52,957 nt of DNA from Rickettsiales bacterium (GCA_016780625.1 JADHLN010000003.1:1-52957); one strand, 5' to 3'. Counted from the stretch's first letter, positions 39,585-50,333 are shown. A program made the numbers and translations. Notes: generated from the sequence alone by a model not told the origin.

Positions 39585-42139
39585 TTCACAACAATATTAA
39601 CAATTTTACCAGGAACAACAATAACCTTAATTAAATTCATATTTTTGATCTTATCTTTTACAAAATCTTGATTTAAGGCATGTTCTTCATAGATCTCCTT
39701 GCTCGCATCAAGACCTATTTCAAAAGTTCCTCTTAACTTACCGTTAATCTGAACAGCTATAGTTTTTGTATCATATGAAATGAAATTTTTATTAGCTACT
39801 GGCCATTTTAATTCATTAATTAATTCATCTGATGCTATTAACATATTATATAACTCTAAAGAACAATGTGGAATCAAAGGAAAAAACATCTGGGCAAAAT
39901 TTCTAACAATCTCGTTAATTAATATATTATCTTCCTCACTTTTTATTTCATATTCAATAAAATTATTACTTAACTCCCTAAGCAATGCAACAACCTTATT
40001 AAACTGAAAACTTTCTATATCTTGACTAGCCTTAACAATAGTTTGATTTAAAGAAATATATAATTCCTTTTGACGATCATCTAAACTATTAGGATCAAAA
40101 TCCTTATCAATAAATTCAAGCTGTAATACATATCTATAAATTTTATTTAAATATCTCCATGCTCCTTCAAGCCCTTTATCAGACCACTCCAAATCTTTTT
40201 CTGGAGGTGAATCTGATAACATAAATAAACGTGCTGTATCAGCGCCATATGCATCAATAATATCAACAGGACTAACTCCATTTTTTTTAGATTTAGACAT
40301 TTTCTCCATTCTTTGCCCTAGCAGCTCCTCATCTGTCTTAATATCATAAAATCTATTATCCTTTTTTATAACATCAGTAACATCAACATATTGATTTAGG
40401 CTATTTTTAAAAGACATATTAGTAACCATACCCTGTGTTAACAATGAGTTAAATGGTTCACTAACATTATGATAGCCAATATCACGAAGAGCCTTGGTAA
40501 AAAATCTAGCATATAATAAATGTAAAACCGCATGCTCAATACCTCCTACATATTGATCAACTGGAAGTAATTTATCTGCAATTTCTTTTGAAAAAGCCTC
40601 ATTATTATTTTTAGCATCTATATAACGCATAAAATACCAAGATGATTCAAAAAAAGTATCAAAAGTATCAGTTTCTCTTAAAGCATCAGAATCACATTTT
40701 GGACATTTACAATATTTCCAACTCGGATGAGCATCTAAAGGATTTCCAGAAACAGAGAAATCAACATCATCAGGCAAAGTTACTGGAAGATCAGACTTAG
40801 GAACAGGAACAACACCACAATTATTGCAATTTATAACTGGTATTGGACAGCCCCAATATCTTTGCCTAGATATGCCCCAATCCCTTATTTTATAATTAAC
40901 CTTAGCCTTACCAAAACCACTATCTTCAATTTTTGAAATAATCTTATTTCTTGCTTCATCAACTGTTAAGCCATCAAGAAAATCAGAGTTAACCATTAAA
41001 CCATCACCTAAATATGGTTCATCAGAGGTAAAATCATTATTACTAGCTTGAACAACATAATTTATTGGTAGATTATATTTTTTAGCAAAATCATAATCAC
41101 GCTGGTCATGAGCAGGACAAGCAAATACAGCACCTGTACCGTAATCCATTAAAATAAAATTAGCTATATATATGGGCAATTTCTTTCCTTTAACAAATGG
41201 ATGAGAAACTAACAAGCCAGTATTAACGCCAGTCTTTTCCATTTTATCTATAGCTGACTGTGATATGGATTGTTTATTAGCTTTATCAATATATTCCTTA
41301 ATTATATGATCAGTTTTCGCTAATCTACCAGATAAATTATGTTGAGGTGATATAGCAATAAATGACGCTCCAAAGATAGTTTCAGCTCTTGTAGTAAAAA
41401 TCTCTAATTTTTCGTCACTATCATCAATGGAAAAATTAATTAAAGCTCCAAGAGATTTACCAATCCATTTTTCCTGCATATTTAAGACAGATTTTGGCCA
41501 ATTTTTTAAATTATCTAATTCAACAAGCAATTCTTCAGAGTAATTAGATACCTTAAGGAACCAACTTTTAATTTTCCTTCTTTCAATATCTGCTCCACTT
41601 CTCCAACCCTTACCATCAATAACCTGCTCATTAGCAAGAACAGTATTGTCAACAGGATCCCAATTAACATATGACTCTTTCTGATAAGCAATTTTATTAT
41701 CTAATAAATCAATGAAAAATTCTTGTTCAAATTGATAATAATTAGGATCACAAGTTTTTAACTCCAAAGACCAATCATATGATAAACCAATTTTATTTAA
41801 TTGCTCTTTCATTGTTTTTATATTGTTTTCAGTCCATTCCTTAGGATGAATATTATGCTCAATAGCAGCATTTTCAGCAGGCAAACCAAAAGCATCAAAA
41901 CCCATTGGGTGTAATACATTATACCCAATAGCCCGTCTATATCTAGCAATTACATCACCAATACTATAATTTCTTAGATGCCCCATATGAATATTACCCG
42001 ATGGATAGGGAAACATTTCTAAAACATAATATTTTGGTAATGATGAATTATAATCAAAATAATAAGAATTTTTACATAAATTCTGCCATTTTTCCTCAAC
42101 TGATCTAAAAGGGTAATTTGAAATTTCAGAGTTTGACAT
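39581..42139 (-). CDS. leuS: Leucine--tRNA ligase
   Basis: MFPYPSGNIHMGH, DWGISRQRYWG, GGIEHAVLHLLY, KMSKS and VVPGKIVNIV. Confidence 0.98.
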   Translation of the reverse strand: MSNSEISNYPFRSVEEKWQNLCKNSYYFDYNSSLPKYYVLEMFPYPSGNIHMGHLRNYSIGDVIARYRRAIGYNVLHPMGFDAFGLPAENAAIEHNIHPKEWTENNIKTMKEQLNKIGLSYDWSLELKTCDPNYYQFEQEFFIDLLDNKIAYQKESYVNWDPVDNTVLANEQVIDGKGWRSGADIERRKIKSWFLKVSNYSEELLVELDNLKNWPKSVLNMQEKWIGKSLGALINFSIDDSDEKLEIFTTRAETIFGASFIAISPQHNLSGRLAKTDHIIKEYIDKANKQSISQSAIDKMEKTGVNTGLLVSHPFVKGKKLPIYIANFILMDYGTGAVFACPAHDQRDYDFAKKYNLPINYVVQASNNDFTSDEPYLGDGLMVNSDFLDGLTVDEARNKIISKIEDSGFGKAKVNYKIRDWGISRQRYWGCPIPVINCNNCGVVPVPKSDLPVTLPDDVDFSVSGNPLDAHPSWKYCKCPKCDSDALRETDTFDTFFESSWYFMRYIDAKNNNEAFSKEIADKLLPVDQYVGGIEHAVLHLLYARFFTKALRDIGYHNVSEPFNSLLTQGMVTNMSFKNSLNQYVDVTDVIKKDNRFYDIKTDEELLGQRMEKMSKSKKNGVSPVDIIDAYGADTARLFMLSDSPPEKDLEWSDKGLEGAWRYLNKIYRYVLQLEFIDKDFDPNSLDDRQKELYISLNQTIVKASQDIESFQFNKVVALLRELSNNFIEYEIKSEEDNILINEIVRNFAQMFFPLIPHCSLELYNMLIASDELINELKWPVANKNFISYDTKTIAVQINGKLRGTFEIGLDASKEIYEEHALNQDFVKDKIKNMNLIKVIVVPGKIVNIVVK

Positions 42140-42143
42140 AGTA

Positions 42144-43589
42144 TTAATAGGTTGTAGTTGAAGTATCTAGAAGAATTTGGCTTGCAGAATCATAATCACC
42201 AAACTCAATTTTAGCACCTAATAATAATACCTCACCTTTATTATTTTTCGTTTCAAAAAAAGATGGAGAACCTGTAATTTTATGATCTTTGGAATCAAAT
42301 TCATACATATTTAACTCAGCAAATAAGGAGTAATATTTAGTTATTCTATAATCAAGAGCAACTGAATATAATGAAAATTCTTGCTCTCTATATTCAGATG
42401 TTAAATTTGATAAACCAATTTTATATGGACCAAATTGATAGCCTATAGCAGCAGTAAAATAACTAGCATCACTATCTCTATAATTATCTTCACTATTAGC
42501 AATCGAACTATTTACCATCATTAAGCTATCACCCCAAACACCGTAAGAACCAGAAATAGAAAAATTACCATAAAAAATATAGCTACCTAAACTATAAGCA
42601 GACAAATCCTTTCTTAGATATGCATTATTATTATTAATTAAAGCTTGATTATCTATATTTGCTTGCTCAGATGTAAGACTAAAAGCAAGGCCTAATTTAC
42701 CAAATTGCTTAACATAATTTAAACCAAAATCATATATGTCTTCTACATCATTATTATAAAATGATTCATCTGAATTATCAAAATATGAAGAACCTCTATT
42801 TCCACTATCTAAAGCGTAGGATGCACCATATTGAAAACCATAAATTCTAGGGCTATAAAAAGAAAATCTTAACAAAGTTCTTGTATCATCAAACTTACCA
42901 GCCCCCGAAACATCATTATAACCATGAGAAATAGGCAAATCTGGTCTAATTATAAATCCCATATTACCCTTTCCATTACAATTCCTAACATCATTTCCAG
43001 CATAATAAGTTACACAATCATCAGCACCATCAAGCTTAGCAGGATCATATTGTAAACCGAAATCAGGTATATTTACATATTTCCACCATTTACCAGCAAT
43101 ACCACCTGTACCACCAAAACGGTAAGTAGCATCAAATTTTAACTTTTTAGATGCTGAATCAACATCACCAAACTCAAACCTTCCTAAATTGGATTTCTCA
43201 GTAAAAATATATGCCCTTCTAACTAAAACAGACTCCTGCTTTTTTTTATCTATAATTTTTAAGGAGTTGTCATATTTATAATATGATTGTCTAGAAGACT
43301 CAGCCATAACGCCAACTCTCGCTCCATACAATAAACCAGTATCAGCCTTATCCATAAATAAGAAATCTAAATAACTATCAGTAATAAAACTATTATCACC
43401 ATCAATATGATTTTTATTACCATTTCCATGTGGCAAATTATCAACAGAATATTCTGAACTAGATTCTGGTACAGCAAGATTAAAATAAAATTTTCCACCT
43501 ACATTAAATTTAGGCAAAGAATCAGCAAATAATCTAGATGAATTTAAAGTAAAAATAAAAATTACTATAAGAGGAATTATTTTTTTCAT
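42144..43589 (-). CDS. Outer-membrane porin (alphaproteobacterial type)
   Basis: Signal peptide, amphipathic beta strands, GLLYGA, GRFEFGD, YSPRIYGFQYGASY and LLGAKIEF; upstream of leuS. Confidence 0.8.
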   Translation of the reverse strand: MKKIIPLIVIFIFTLNSSRLFADSLPKFNVGGKFYFNLAVPESSSEYSVDNLPHGNGNKNHIDGDNSFITDSYLDFLFMDKADTGLLYGARVGVMAESSRQSYYKYDNSLKIIDKKKQESVLVRRAYIFTEKSNLGRFEFGDVDSASKKLKFDATYRFGGTGGIAGKWWKYVNIPDFGLQYDPAKLDGADDCVTYYAGNDVRNCNGKGNMGFIIRPDLPISHGYNDVSGAGKFDDTRTLLRFSFYSPRIYGFQYGASYALDSGNRGSSYFDNSDESFYNNDVEDIYDFGLNYVKQFGKLGLAFSLTSEQANIDNQALINNNNAYLRKDLSAYSLGSYIFYGNFSISGSYGVWGDSLMMVNSSIANSEDNYRDSDASYFTAAIGYQFGPYKIGLSNLTSEYREQEFSLYSVALDYRITKYYSLFAELNMYEFDSKDHKITGSPSFFETKNNKGEVLLLGAKIEFGDYDSASQILLDTSTTTY

Positions 43590-43645
43590 AACATTAAAAC
43601 TATAATTTTATTATTAAATAATCAAAGCAATATTTCTAGAGCAAT

Positions 43646-44218
43646 TTATTTAATAAGTAAATTTAAAGCTTCAACATAACATTCATGTTCAATTTTATGA
43701 ATCTTATCCTTTAATGATAAAAAATCATCATTTTGATCTTTCTTGATTTTTTTTTGCAATATTATATCACCTGCATCCATCTCTAATATAACATGATGAA
43801 CAGTACAACCAAAATCAGTTTCATTAGCATTGTAAGCTTCTAAAATAGCATTTGCACCTTTATATTTAGGTAACAATGAGGGATGTATATTAATAACAGG
43901 AGATTTAACATTTTCTAAAAAATAACTAGAAACCAATCTCATATAACCAGCAAAACAGATAAAATCATAATCAATTTTATTTAAATGATTAATTATTTCT
44001 AAATCATATGATTCACGATCTGCAAAGTTTTTATTTTCAATTACAAAACTATTAATTTTATTTTCAGTTGCATATTTTAAACCATAAGCATCAGCTTTAT
44101 TTGAAAAAACTGCAACAATATCAGCTTTAAGAAGGTTATTTTTACAGGCTGATAATATAGCATTAAAATTAGAACCTTTTCCAGAAATAAATATTACTAG
44201 TTTTGCTCTACTACTCAT
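43646..44218 (-). CDS. purN: Phosphoribosylglycinamide formyltransferase
   Basis: ISGKGSN, AGYMRL, NIHPSLLP, GCTVH and DAG. Confidence 0.97.
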   Translation of the reverse strand: MSSRAKLVIFISGKGSNFNAILSACKNNLLKADIVAVFSNKADAYGLKYATENKINSFVIENKNFADRESYDLEIINHLNKIDYDFICFAGYMRLVSSYFLENVKSPVINIHPSLLPKYKGANAILEAYNANETDFGCTVHHVILEMDAGDIILQKKIKKDQNDDFLSLKDKIHKIEHECYVEALNLLIK

Positions 44219-44247
44219 TAGAGTTATTAAAAATTAAAGTAATATTG

Positions 44248-45300
44248 CTAGTTACAACAAACATTTTTAACTAGCATTGCTGCAACTTCATAAGGATCAC
44301 TATTAGCACCAGGTCTTCTATCTTCAAAATAACCACAACCATTTAATTCTACTGGTTTAGGTATTCTAATTGAACAACCTCTATCAGCATTTCCAGCAGA
44401 AAAATCATTAATATTTGAAGTTTCATATTCACCCGTTAATCTTTCTTCTAACAAATGACCATAAACATCAATATGTTCCTTATGAGTTTTTTCTAATTTT
44501 TTTACAGCTTCATTTATTGCGTTAATCCCTTTGCCTTTTTCTCTAGTATATTTTGTAGAAAAATTAGTATGCATACCAGCACCATTCCAACTACCTTTTA
44601 CAGGTTTGTTTGCTAACGTAACCTCAACAGAATAATCTTCAGCAATTCTATAAAGCAACCATCTTGCTAACCATGTATGATCTGCAATATTTAATACATC
44701 ACATTTTTCACCATCAATTCCTCTATAACCAATTTGAAACTCCCACTGACCAAGCATTACTTCTGCATTGATACCATATAGCATAATTCCAGCATCTAAA
44801 CATAATCTAGCATGCTCTTCAACAATTTGCCTACCACTTGCTTGCTCAGCACCCACTCCGCAATAATAAGGACCTTGAGGTGCAGGAAAACCATTATCAG
44901 GCCAACCAAGAGGCTTACCCATAGACATAAATGTATATTCTTGTTCATAACCAATCCATGGCTCAGCATCACTACCTCCATTTTCTAGATATGAACGTAA
45001 TAAAGCTCTCTTATTTGATTTATGAGGATTACCATCTTCATCATTAACTTCACATAGAACTAAATAATTTCCTAAACCTCTAATAGGGTCATTAACAAAA
45101 TTAACAGGTTTTAATATACAATCAGAATTATTTCCTAATGCTTGGTTTGTAGAAGAGCCATCAAAGCTCCATTCACTAAAATCAGATAATGAAACATTAT
45201 TAATATCAGATGGTAAAAAAACTTTAGTTTTAGATCTTACTAAAGGAACAGGTAACGTTCCATCAACCCAAATATATTCAGCAAACTTTACAATAGACAT
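44248..45300 (-). CDS. glnII: Glutamine synthetase type II
   Basis: AEYIWVDG, RSKT, WSFDGSSTNQA, GYEQEYT, QGPYYCGVG, NAEVMLGQWEFQIG, WNGAGMHTNFST and EDRRP; 350 aa, the GSII length. Confidence 0.93.
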   Translation of the reverse strand: MSIVKFAEYIWVDGTLPVPLVRSKTKVFLPSDINNVSLSDFSEWSFDGSSTNQALGNNSDCILKPVNFVNDPIRGLGNYLVLCEVNDEDGNPHKSNKRALLRSYLENGGSDAEPWIGYEQEYTFMSMGKPLGWPDNGFPAPQGPYYCGVGAEQASGRQIVEEHARLCLDAGIMLYGINAEVMLGQWEFQIGYRGIDGEKCDVLNIADHTWLARWLLYRIAEDYSVEVTLANKPVKGSWNGAGMHTNFSTKYTREKGKGINAINEAVKKLEKTHKEHIDVYGHLLEERLTGEYETSNINDFSAGNADRGCSIRIPKPVELNGCGYFEDRRPGANSDPYEVAAMLVKNVCCN

Positions 45301-45374
45301 TTATTTCCTCAAAAAATTAAGAATTTTTATATCAGAAAAGCATGATTAGTCAAGCTAATCAAAGAAAGATTTAA

Positions 45375-46385
45375 TTAAATAATTTCTCCTATAATTTTTG
45401 CCTTATAATTATATTTTTTTAACAAATTAATTATATTTACTTCATTTACAGAAGAAGCAACAACAACCATGCCATAACCACAATTAAAAACTCGCATCAT
45501 TTCTTTTTGAGAAATAGCCGATATATCCTTTAACCACAGAAATAAATTAGACATTCCTAGGTTAGAATAATCAATATTAAAGCTAAGATTATCAGGTAAT
45601 ACTCTTGGTATATTTTCAAGAAAGCCCCCTCCTGTAATATGTATGAATGCTTTTGCTAAATTATTTTTATGAATTTCTAAGCATGGTTTAACATAGAGGT
45701 TTGTTGGCTTTAAAAAAATATCCTCATAGCTTTCAGATGAAAACTCAGCCTTAGCATCATAAGATAAGTTATATTCTTGCATTATCTTTCTTACCAATGA
45801 AAAACCATTAGCATGCACACCAGATGATTCTACACCTATTAAAACATCACCTTTTTTGATATCTTCCTTCCTTGGCAATATATTATCTCTTTCAACCATA
45901 CCTACCGCAAAACCAGCAAGATCAAAATCATTATTATGATACATACCAGGCATCTCCGCAGTCTCCCCTCCTATTAAAGCACAATTAACCTCCTTACAAG
46001 CTCTTGCGATAGAGTTAATAACAGTAGAAGCTTGTAAATTATCCAACTTACCACAAGCGAAATAATCCAAGAAAAACAACGGCTCAGCTCCCTGCACAAC
46101 TAAATCATTAACACACATTGCAACTAAATCCTGACCAATATAATCAAGTTTATTAGCATTTATAGCAATTGATAATTTAGTACCAACACCATCAGTGGCA
46201 GAAACAAGCAAAGGATCCCTATATCCTGTTTTGGCAATATCAAAAAAACCACCAAAACCACCAATATTTGACATTACACCTGGCCTATAAGTTAATTTAA
46301 CAGCAGGTTTTATATCTTCTACTAATTTATTCCCAGCATTTATATCAACACCAGAACTTTTATATGTAATATTATTTTTTACCAA
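45375..46385 (-). CDS. purM: Phosphoribosylformylglycinamidine cyclo-ligase
   Basis: TDGVGTK, DLVAMCVND, GGETAEMPG, HITGGG and FNCG. Confidence 0.98.
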   Translation of the reverse strand: MVKNNITYKSSGVDINAGNKLVEDIKPAVKLTYRPGVMSNIGGFGGFFDIAKTGYRDPLLVSATDGVGTKLSIAINANKLDYIGQDLVAMCVNDLVVQGAEPLFFLDYFACGKLDNLQASTVINSIARACKEVNCALIGGETAEMPGMYHNNDFDLAGFAVGMVERDNILPRKEDIKKGDVLIGVESSGVHANGFSLVRKIMQEYNLSYDAKAEFSSESYEDIFLKPTNLYVKPCLEIHKNNLAKAFIHITGGGFLENIPRVLPDNLSFNIDYSNLGMSNLFLWLKDISAISQKEMMRVFNCGYGMVVVASSVNEVNIINLLKKYNYKAKIIGEII

Positions 46386-47769
46386 ACTTACCTCCTTTAG
46401 GAATTAAATAACCGATAGCCCTTAAATCTTCTTTAAAAACAAATTTAGCAGCCTTATTAATATCTTTTGATTTAACCTCAGAGATATTTTTATCCCAATT
46501 AAGAATATCAGAAATAGAAACACCAGTCGTATAATTCATGCCAATAATATATGCTAACGACTTATATGATTCTTTACTATAAAGAGACTCAATTAAAAAT
46601 AATGATTTAGCTCTCTCAAGATCATCAGATTTAATCCTGTTATTTTTTAATTTTTCTAATTCCTCAGTAATAATATCTTGAATTTCATCCTTGTATTTTT
46701 CATGCTTTGCAACTACTGAAATTTCAAAAAAACTCTGACCTCTAGATAAATCGCTGTAATTACTTGATACTGATAAGGCAAGATCCTTCTCTATTACCAA
46801 CTTCTTATATAAAATAGAATTTTTATGTTCTGCCAGCAAATAAGAAGCAATAGCTAAAGGATATGTATGATTTTTATCCTTTGACAAAGCGGAAGGAGCT
46901 AAGTAAACCATTGATATCTCTAAATTAGAGCTATTTTTATCCTCATGAGTAACTAAATTATTTTTTACAGAAGCAACTTCCTTTATTTTATGAAAAGCCT
47001 TTCTTCCGCCTTTTTTTAAAGGAGAATAATATTTATCGACTAATTTTTTAACAGCTTCAATATCAATATCCCCTGCAATTACCAACACCGCATTATTTGG
47101 GTGGTAATATTTATTATAAAATTCCAGAGCATCATCATGAGTTAATTTAGCAATATCATCCTCATAGCCTATTAAAGGTCTTCCATAAGGAATAGATTTA
47201 CCAAAAATTGCCTCTCGCAACTTCTCAGATAATACTGCTCTTGGTGAATTATCTCTTCTTAACAACCTTTCTTCTAAAACAATATTTCTTTCTATTTTAG
47301 TTTGTTTGGGCTCCAAAATAATATTTCTCATTCTGTCAGCTTCAATATCCATTATTTCAGGAAGATATTTTTTTGGAATAGTTTGATAATATGCCGTAAA
47401 ATCATAAGAAGTAAAAGCATTATGAGATCCACCAATGGAAGAAACATAATTATCTAAATAATCTTTCGGATATTTTTCAGTACCATGAAATAATAAATGC
47501 TCCAAATAATGTGCAAGGCCAGTTTTTCCTAATTTTTCATTAACTCCACCAACATAATACCATACCATATGCATAATAGCTGGCACTCTATTATTAGGAA
47601 TTAAAATAACTTCCATTTCATTTTCAAGCTTATAATGCTCTAAATGATATTTAGCTGATTCAATGTTAGGCTTTTTAAACATATCTATAAAAACAGAAAA
47701 ATTAATTATAATTATTATCGCAATTATTGGAATCAAAAAAATTACTAATAGATTTTTCCATTTCTTCAT
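46372..47769 (-). CDS. M16B zinc peptidase, catalytic subunit
   Basis: [14 protein letters not shown] (HxxEH), NAFTSYD and YYHPNNAVL; N-terminal TM anchor. Confidence 0.93.
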   Translation of the reverse strand: MKKWKNLLVIFLIPIIAIIIIINFSVFIDMFKKPNIESAKYHLEHYKLENEMEVILIPNNRVPAIMHMVWYYVGGVNEKLGKTGLAHYLEHLLFHGTEKYPKDYLDNYVSSIGGSHNAFTSYDFTAYYQTIPKKYLPEIMDIEADRMRNIILEPKQTKIERNIVLEERLLRRDNSPRAVLSEKLREAIFGKSIPYGRPLIGYEDDIAKLTHDDALEFYNKYYHPNNAVLVIAGDIDIEAVKKLVDKYYSPLKKGGRKAFHKIKEVASVKNNLVTHEDKNSSNLEISMVYLAPSALSKDKNHTYPLAIASYLLAEHKNSILYKKLVIEKDLALSVSSNYSDLSRGQSFFEISVVAKHEKYKDEIQDIITEELEKLKNNRIKSDDLERAKSLFLIESLYSKESYKSLAYIIGMNYTTGVSISDILNWDKNISEVKSKDINKAAKFVFKEDLRAIGYLIPKGGKFGKK

Positions 47770-48691
47770 AATTAGTTAACTTATTTATTTGAGCTCTAAA
47801 CTCAGCAGAATTTTTCATTCCACTGCTATACCAGCCTAAATGCTTCCTCATAATTTTAACACCATTCTCCTCGCCATATAATGCAACAGAATCTTCTAAC
47901 TGCAACTTAATAATTTTTAATTTTTCATTTATTTCGGGCTCAGCAACATATTCACCATGATTTATCTCTCTATCAATTTGGTTAATTAACCATGGTTTTC
48001 CATAACAAGCCCTACCAATCATAACCCCATCAGCTCCCGATTGCAACAATGCTTCTTTTGCATCATTTGCTGTTTTAATATCACCATTAACAATAACAGG
48101 TATTGAAACATTCTCCTTGACTTTTTTTACAAACTTCCAATCTGCAACTCCTTTATACATCTGACATCTAGTTCTACCATGTATTGTAATCATTTTAATA
48201 CCAATATTTTCTGCCATATATGCCAAATTAGGAGCATTCAAACTATTACTATCCCAACCCATGCGCATCTTTAAAGTAACAGGAATATCCACAGATTTAA
48301 CAACAGACTCTAAAATTTTAATTGCCAGCTTTTCATCTTTCATAAGAGCAGATCCTGCATTTCCTCCTACAACTTTTTTTACAGGACAACCAAAATTAAT
48401 ATCTATAATATCAGCTCCTAAATCCTGATTTAATTTAGCAGCAACTCCCATAACCTCAGGGTCGCAGCCTGCTAACTGCACAACATCAGGCATGTCATCT
48501 TTTTTATCAAAACGACATTTTTGCATCGAATTTTTTGTTTCTATAATCATTGCTCTACTTGCAATCATTTCAGAAACAACTAATCCAGCACCATATTTCT
48601 TAACTAATTTTCTATATGGGAAATCACTTACCCCTGACATTGGCGCAAGAAATATATTTGAACTTAAATTATGCTTATCTAATGTGATCAT
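47702..48691 (-). CDS. dusB: tRNA-dihydrouridine synthase B
   Basis: [30 protein letters not shown] and RKHLGWY. Confidence 0.96.
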   Translation of the reverse strand: MITLDKHNLSSNIFLAPMSGVSDFPYRKLVKKYGAGLVVSEMIASRAMIIETKNSMQKCRFDKKDDMPDVVQLAGCDPEVMGVAAKLNQDLGADIIDINFGCPVKKVVGGNAGSALMKDEKLAIKILESVVKSVDIPVTLKMRMGWDSNSLNAPNLAYMAENIGIKMITIHGRTRCQMYKGVADWKFVKKVKENVSIPVIVNGDIKTANDAKEALLQSGADGVMIGRACYGKPWLINQIDREINHGEYVAEPEINEKLKIIKLQLEDSVALYGEENGVKIMRKHLGWYSSGMKNSAEFRAQINKLTNYEEMEKSISNFFDSNNCDNNYN

Positions 48692-48744
48692 ATAGAAATT
48701 TTCTATATGATATATAACATATATGTTAGTTTTTCAATAATAGA

Positions 48745-49516
48745 TTAATCAAATATAAGCTTTCCATTAACAATTAATTTACATCCAGTTTGATTATTGA
48801 AATTCCATGAACCATCACCATAGCCACATGCATCACCCCAACGATTAACAATTACTGAAGCTTCAGGAATCAAATAACCTGTTAAAGGCTTTCCATCATC
48901 AAATTTACTATCTAACAAATACACCTCTTTTATAGTAAAAGGAGCATCATCTGATGAAGACCAATAATCTTCCTTCAATATTTGGTTATCTACAATAACA
49001 TTATTATAGGGATAAAAAAAAACTGCCAAAAATATTAAAATTTCTGCTACTTGTATAAACAATAATATTATAATTCATATATTTAGAATTGTAAGAATTT
49101 TCACTATTATGATATCCATTTTCTTCACTACCAATAACCCCAGAAAAACTTCCTTCAATCAAATCTGCTAGCTTCAAATGTTGCCAAAATCTAAACAATT
49201 CTTCTCTAGATCTAGTATACCTATCAGCATCCTGAATAATACCATCATTATTACCATTACATCCATTAGGAGCAGGTAAATTACCACCACAAGCATCACC
49301 AAAATAAAAATAAGCATCATGAAAATCACCAGGAAGAGATTCATATATTGCATTAAATTGTTTAACAGCATCTCCAATTTGATTTATCTCTTTAAAAACA
49401 GATTTAAGCTAATAATTTTCTATCATTTTAAAACCAGAACTAACTGAAAAAAACAATAAAACCATAATTATTATTACTATAGATATTTCAATTAGACTAA
49501 ATGCTTTATTTTTTAT
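48745..49516 (-). pseudogene. Disrupted paralog of the adjacent type IV pilin-like gene
   Basis: Manual reconstruction: (ATA)KNKAFSLIEISIVIIIMVLLFFSVSSG...ENY*LKSVF...LPGDFHDAYFYFGDACG...FRFWQHL...DSKFDDG...GCKLIVNGKLIFD. Lesions are ATA in place of ATG (49514-49516), an in-frame TAG (49409-49411) and a +1 frameshift in an A9 tract (49014-49022). This accounts for the ORF-track fragments 48745-49062 and 49004-49198. Confidence 0.88.
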
Positions 49517-49532
49517 AAATAAAATCTAAATA

Positions 49533-50333
49533 TCAATCAAAAAACAACTTACCATTCAAAATAATCTTACAGCCAGTTGTATTTTCCATATACCAAGTCC
49601 ATGTATTCTTACCATCAGCATCCCTACCTGTATATGTCAAGCATCTTTCCTGCCAATAACCATTATAAACACCTGAATCAATATTAATCATCCCTTTTAC
49701 AGGTGAACCATCATCAAATTTGCTATCCAAATCATAAATTTCCTTAATCGTAAATGGTACATCATCTAAAGATTTCCAGCTCTCATCTGCATATGTTGGA
49801 TTATCCATAATAAAATTATTACGAGGATGCAAATGAGAATATAATTGGCTTGCTCTCCAACTATAATAAACTATAAAATCAAAGTCCATATAATTAGAAT
49901 TATAAGAATTTTCACTATTATGATAACCATTTTCATATTCTCCAATTACACCAGAAAACTGTCCATCAATTAAACCAGCTAATTGTAAATGCTGCCAAAA
50001 CCTAAAAGATTCAGCTCTAGTGTAACTATTAAACTCAGCATCTTGTATTGTCTTATCACCATTTCCATTGCAACCATTAGGAGCAGGAGAATTACTGCCA
50101 CAAGCATCACCAAAATAAAAATGAGCATTATGCAAATCACCAGGCAAAGCATTATAATTTAGATCAAACTGTTCAATAGCATAAGCAATTTTTGAAACCT
50201 CGCTATAAACAGATTTTAATTTATGCTTTTCTATTATTTTAGATCCAGCACTTACTGAAACAACAAATAGCCCTATTATAAAAATTGTAATTGATAGCTC
50301 TACTAAACTAAAAGCTTTTTTATTCATAATCAT
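49533..50333 (-). CDS. Prepilin-type N-terminal cleavage/methylation domain protein (type IV pilin/pseudopilin-like)
   Basis: Class III signal KKA|FSLVEL plus hydrophobic helix, LPGD, CNGNGD and DSKFDDG; C-terminal Cys pair. Confidence 0.9.
   Translation of the reverse strand: MIMNKKAFSLVELSITIFIIGLFVVSVSAGSKIIEKHKLKSVYSEVSKIAYAIEQFDLNYNALPGDLHNAHFYFGDACGSNSPAPNGCNGNGDKTIQDAEFNSYTRAESFRFWQHLQLAGLIDGQFSGVIGEYENGYHNSENSYNSNYMDFDFIVYYSWRASQLYSHLHPRNNFIMDNPTYADESWKSLDDVPFTIKEIYDLDSKFDDGSPVKGMINIDSGVYNGYWQERCLTYTGRDADGKNTWTWYMENTTGCKIILNGKLFFD

Noticed and set aside
49174-49377. 67-aa hydrophobic ORF resembling a small membrane protein
   Set aside because: It is an off-frame reading of the pilin pseudogene.
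49409-49411. In-frame TAG as evidence of stop-codon recoding
   Set aside because: TAG is a normal stop elsewhere (e.g. ileS, glnII, clpB), the same gene has other lesions, and no suppressor tRNA is present.
48745-50333. Pilin duplicate as a diversity-generating retroelement TR/VR pair
   Set aside because: There is no reverse transcriptase in the window, and the differences include indels and are not adenine-specific.
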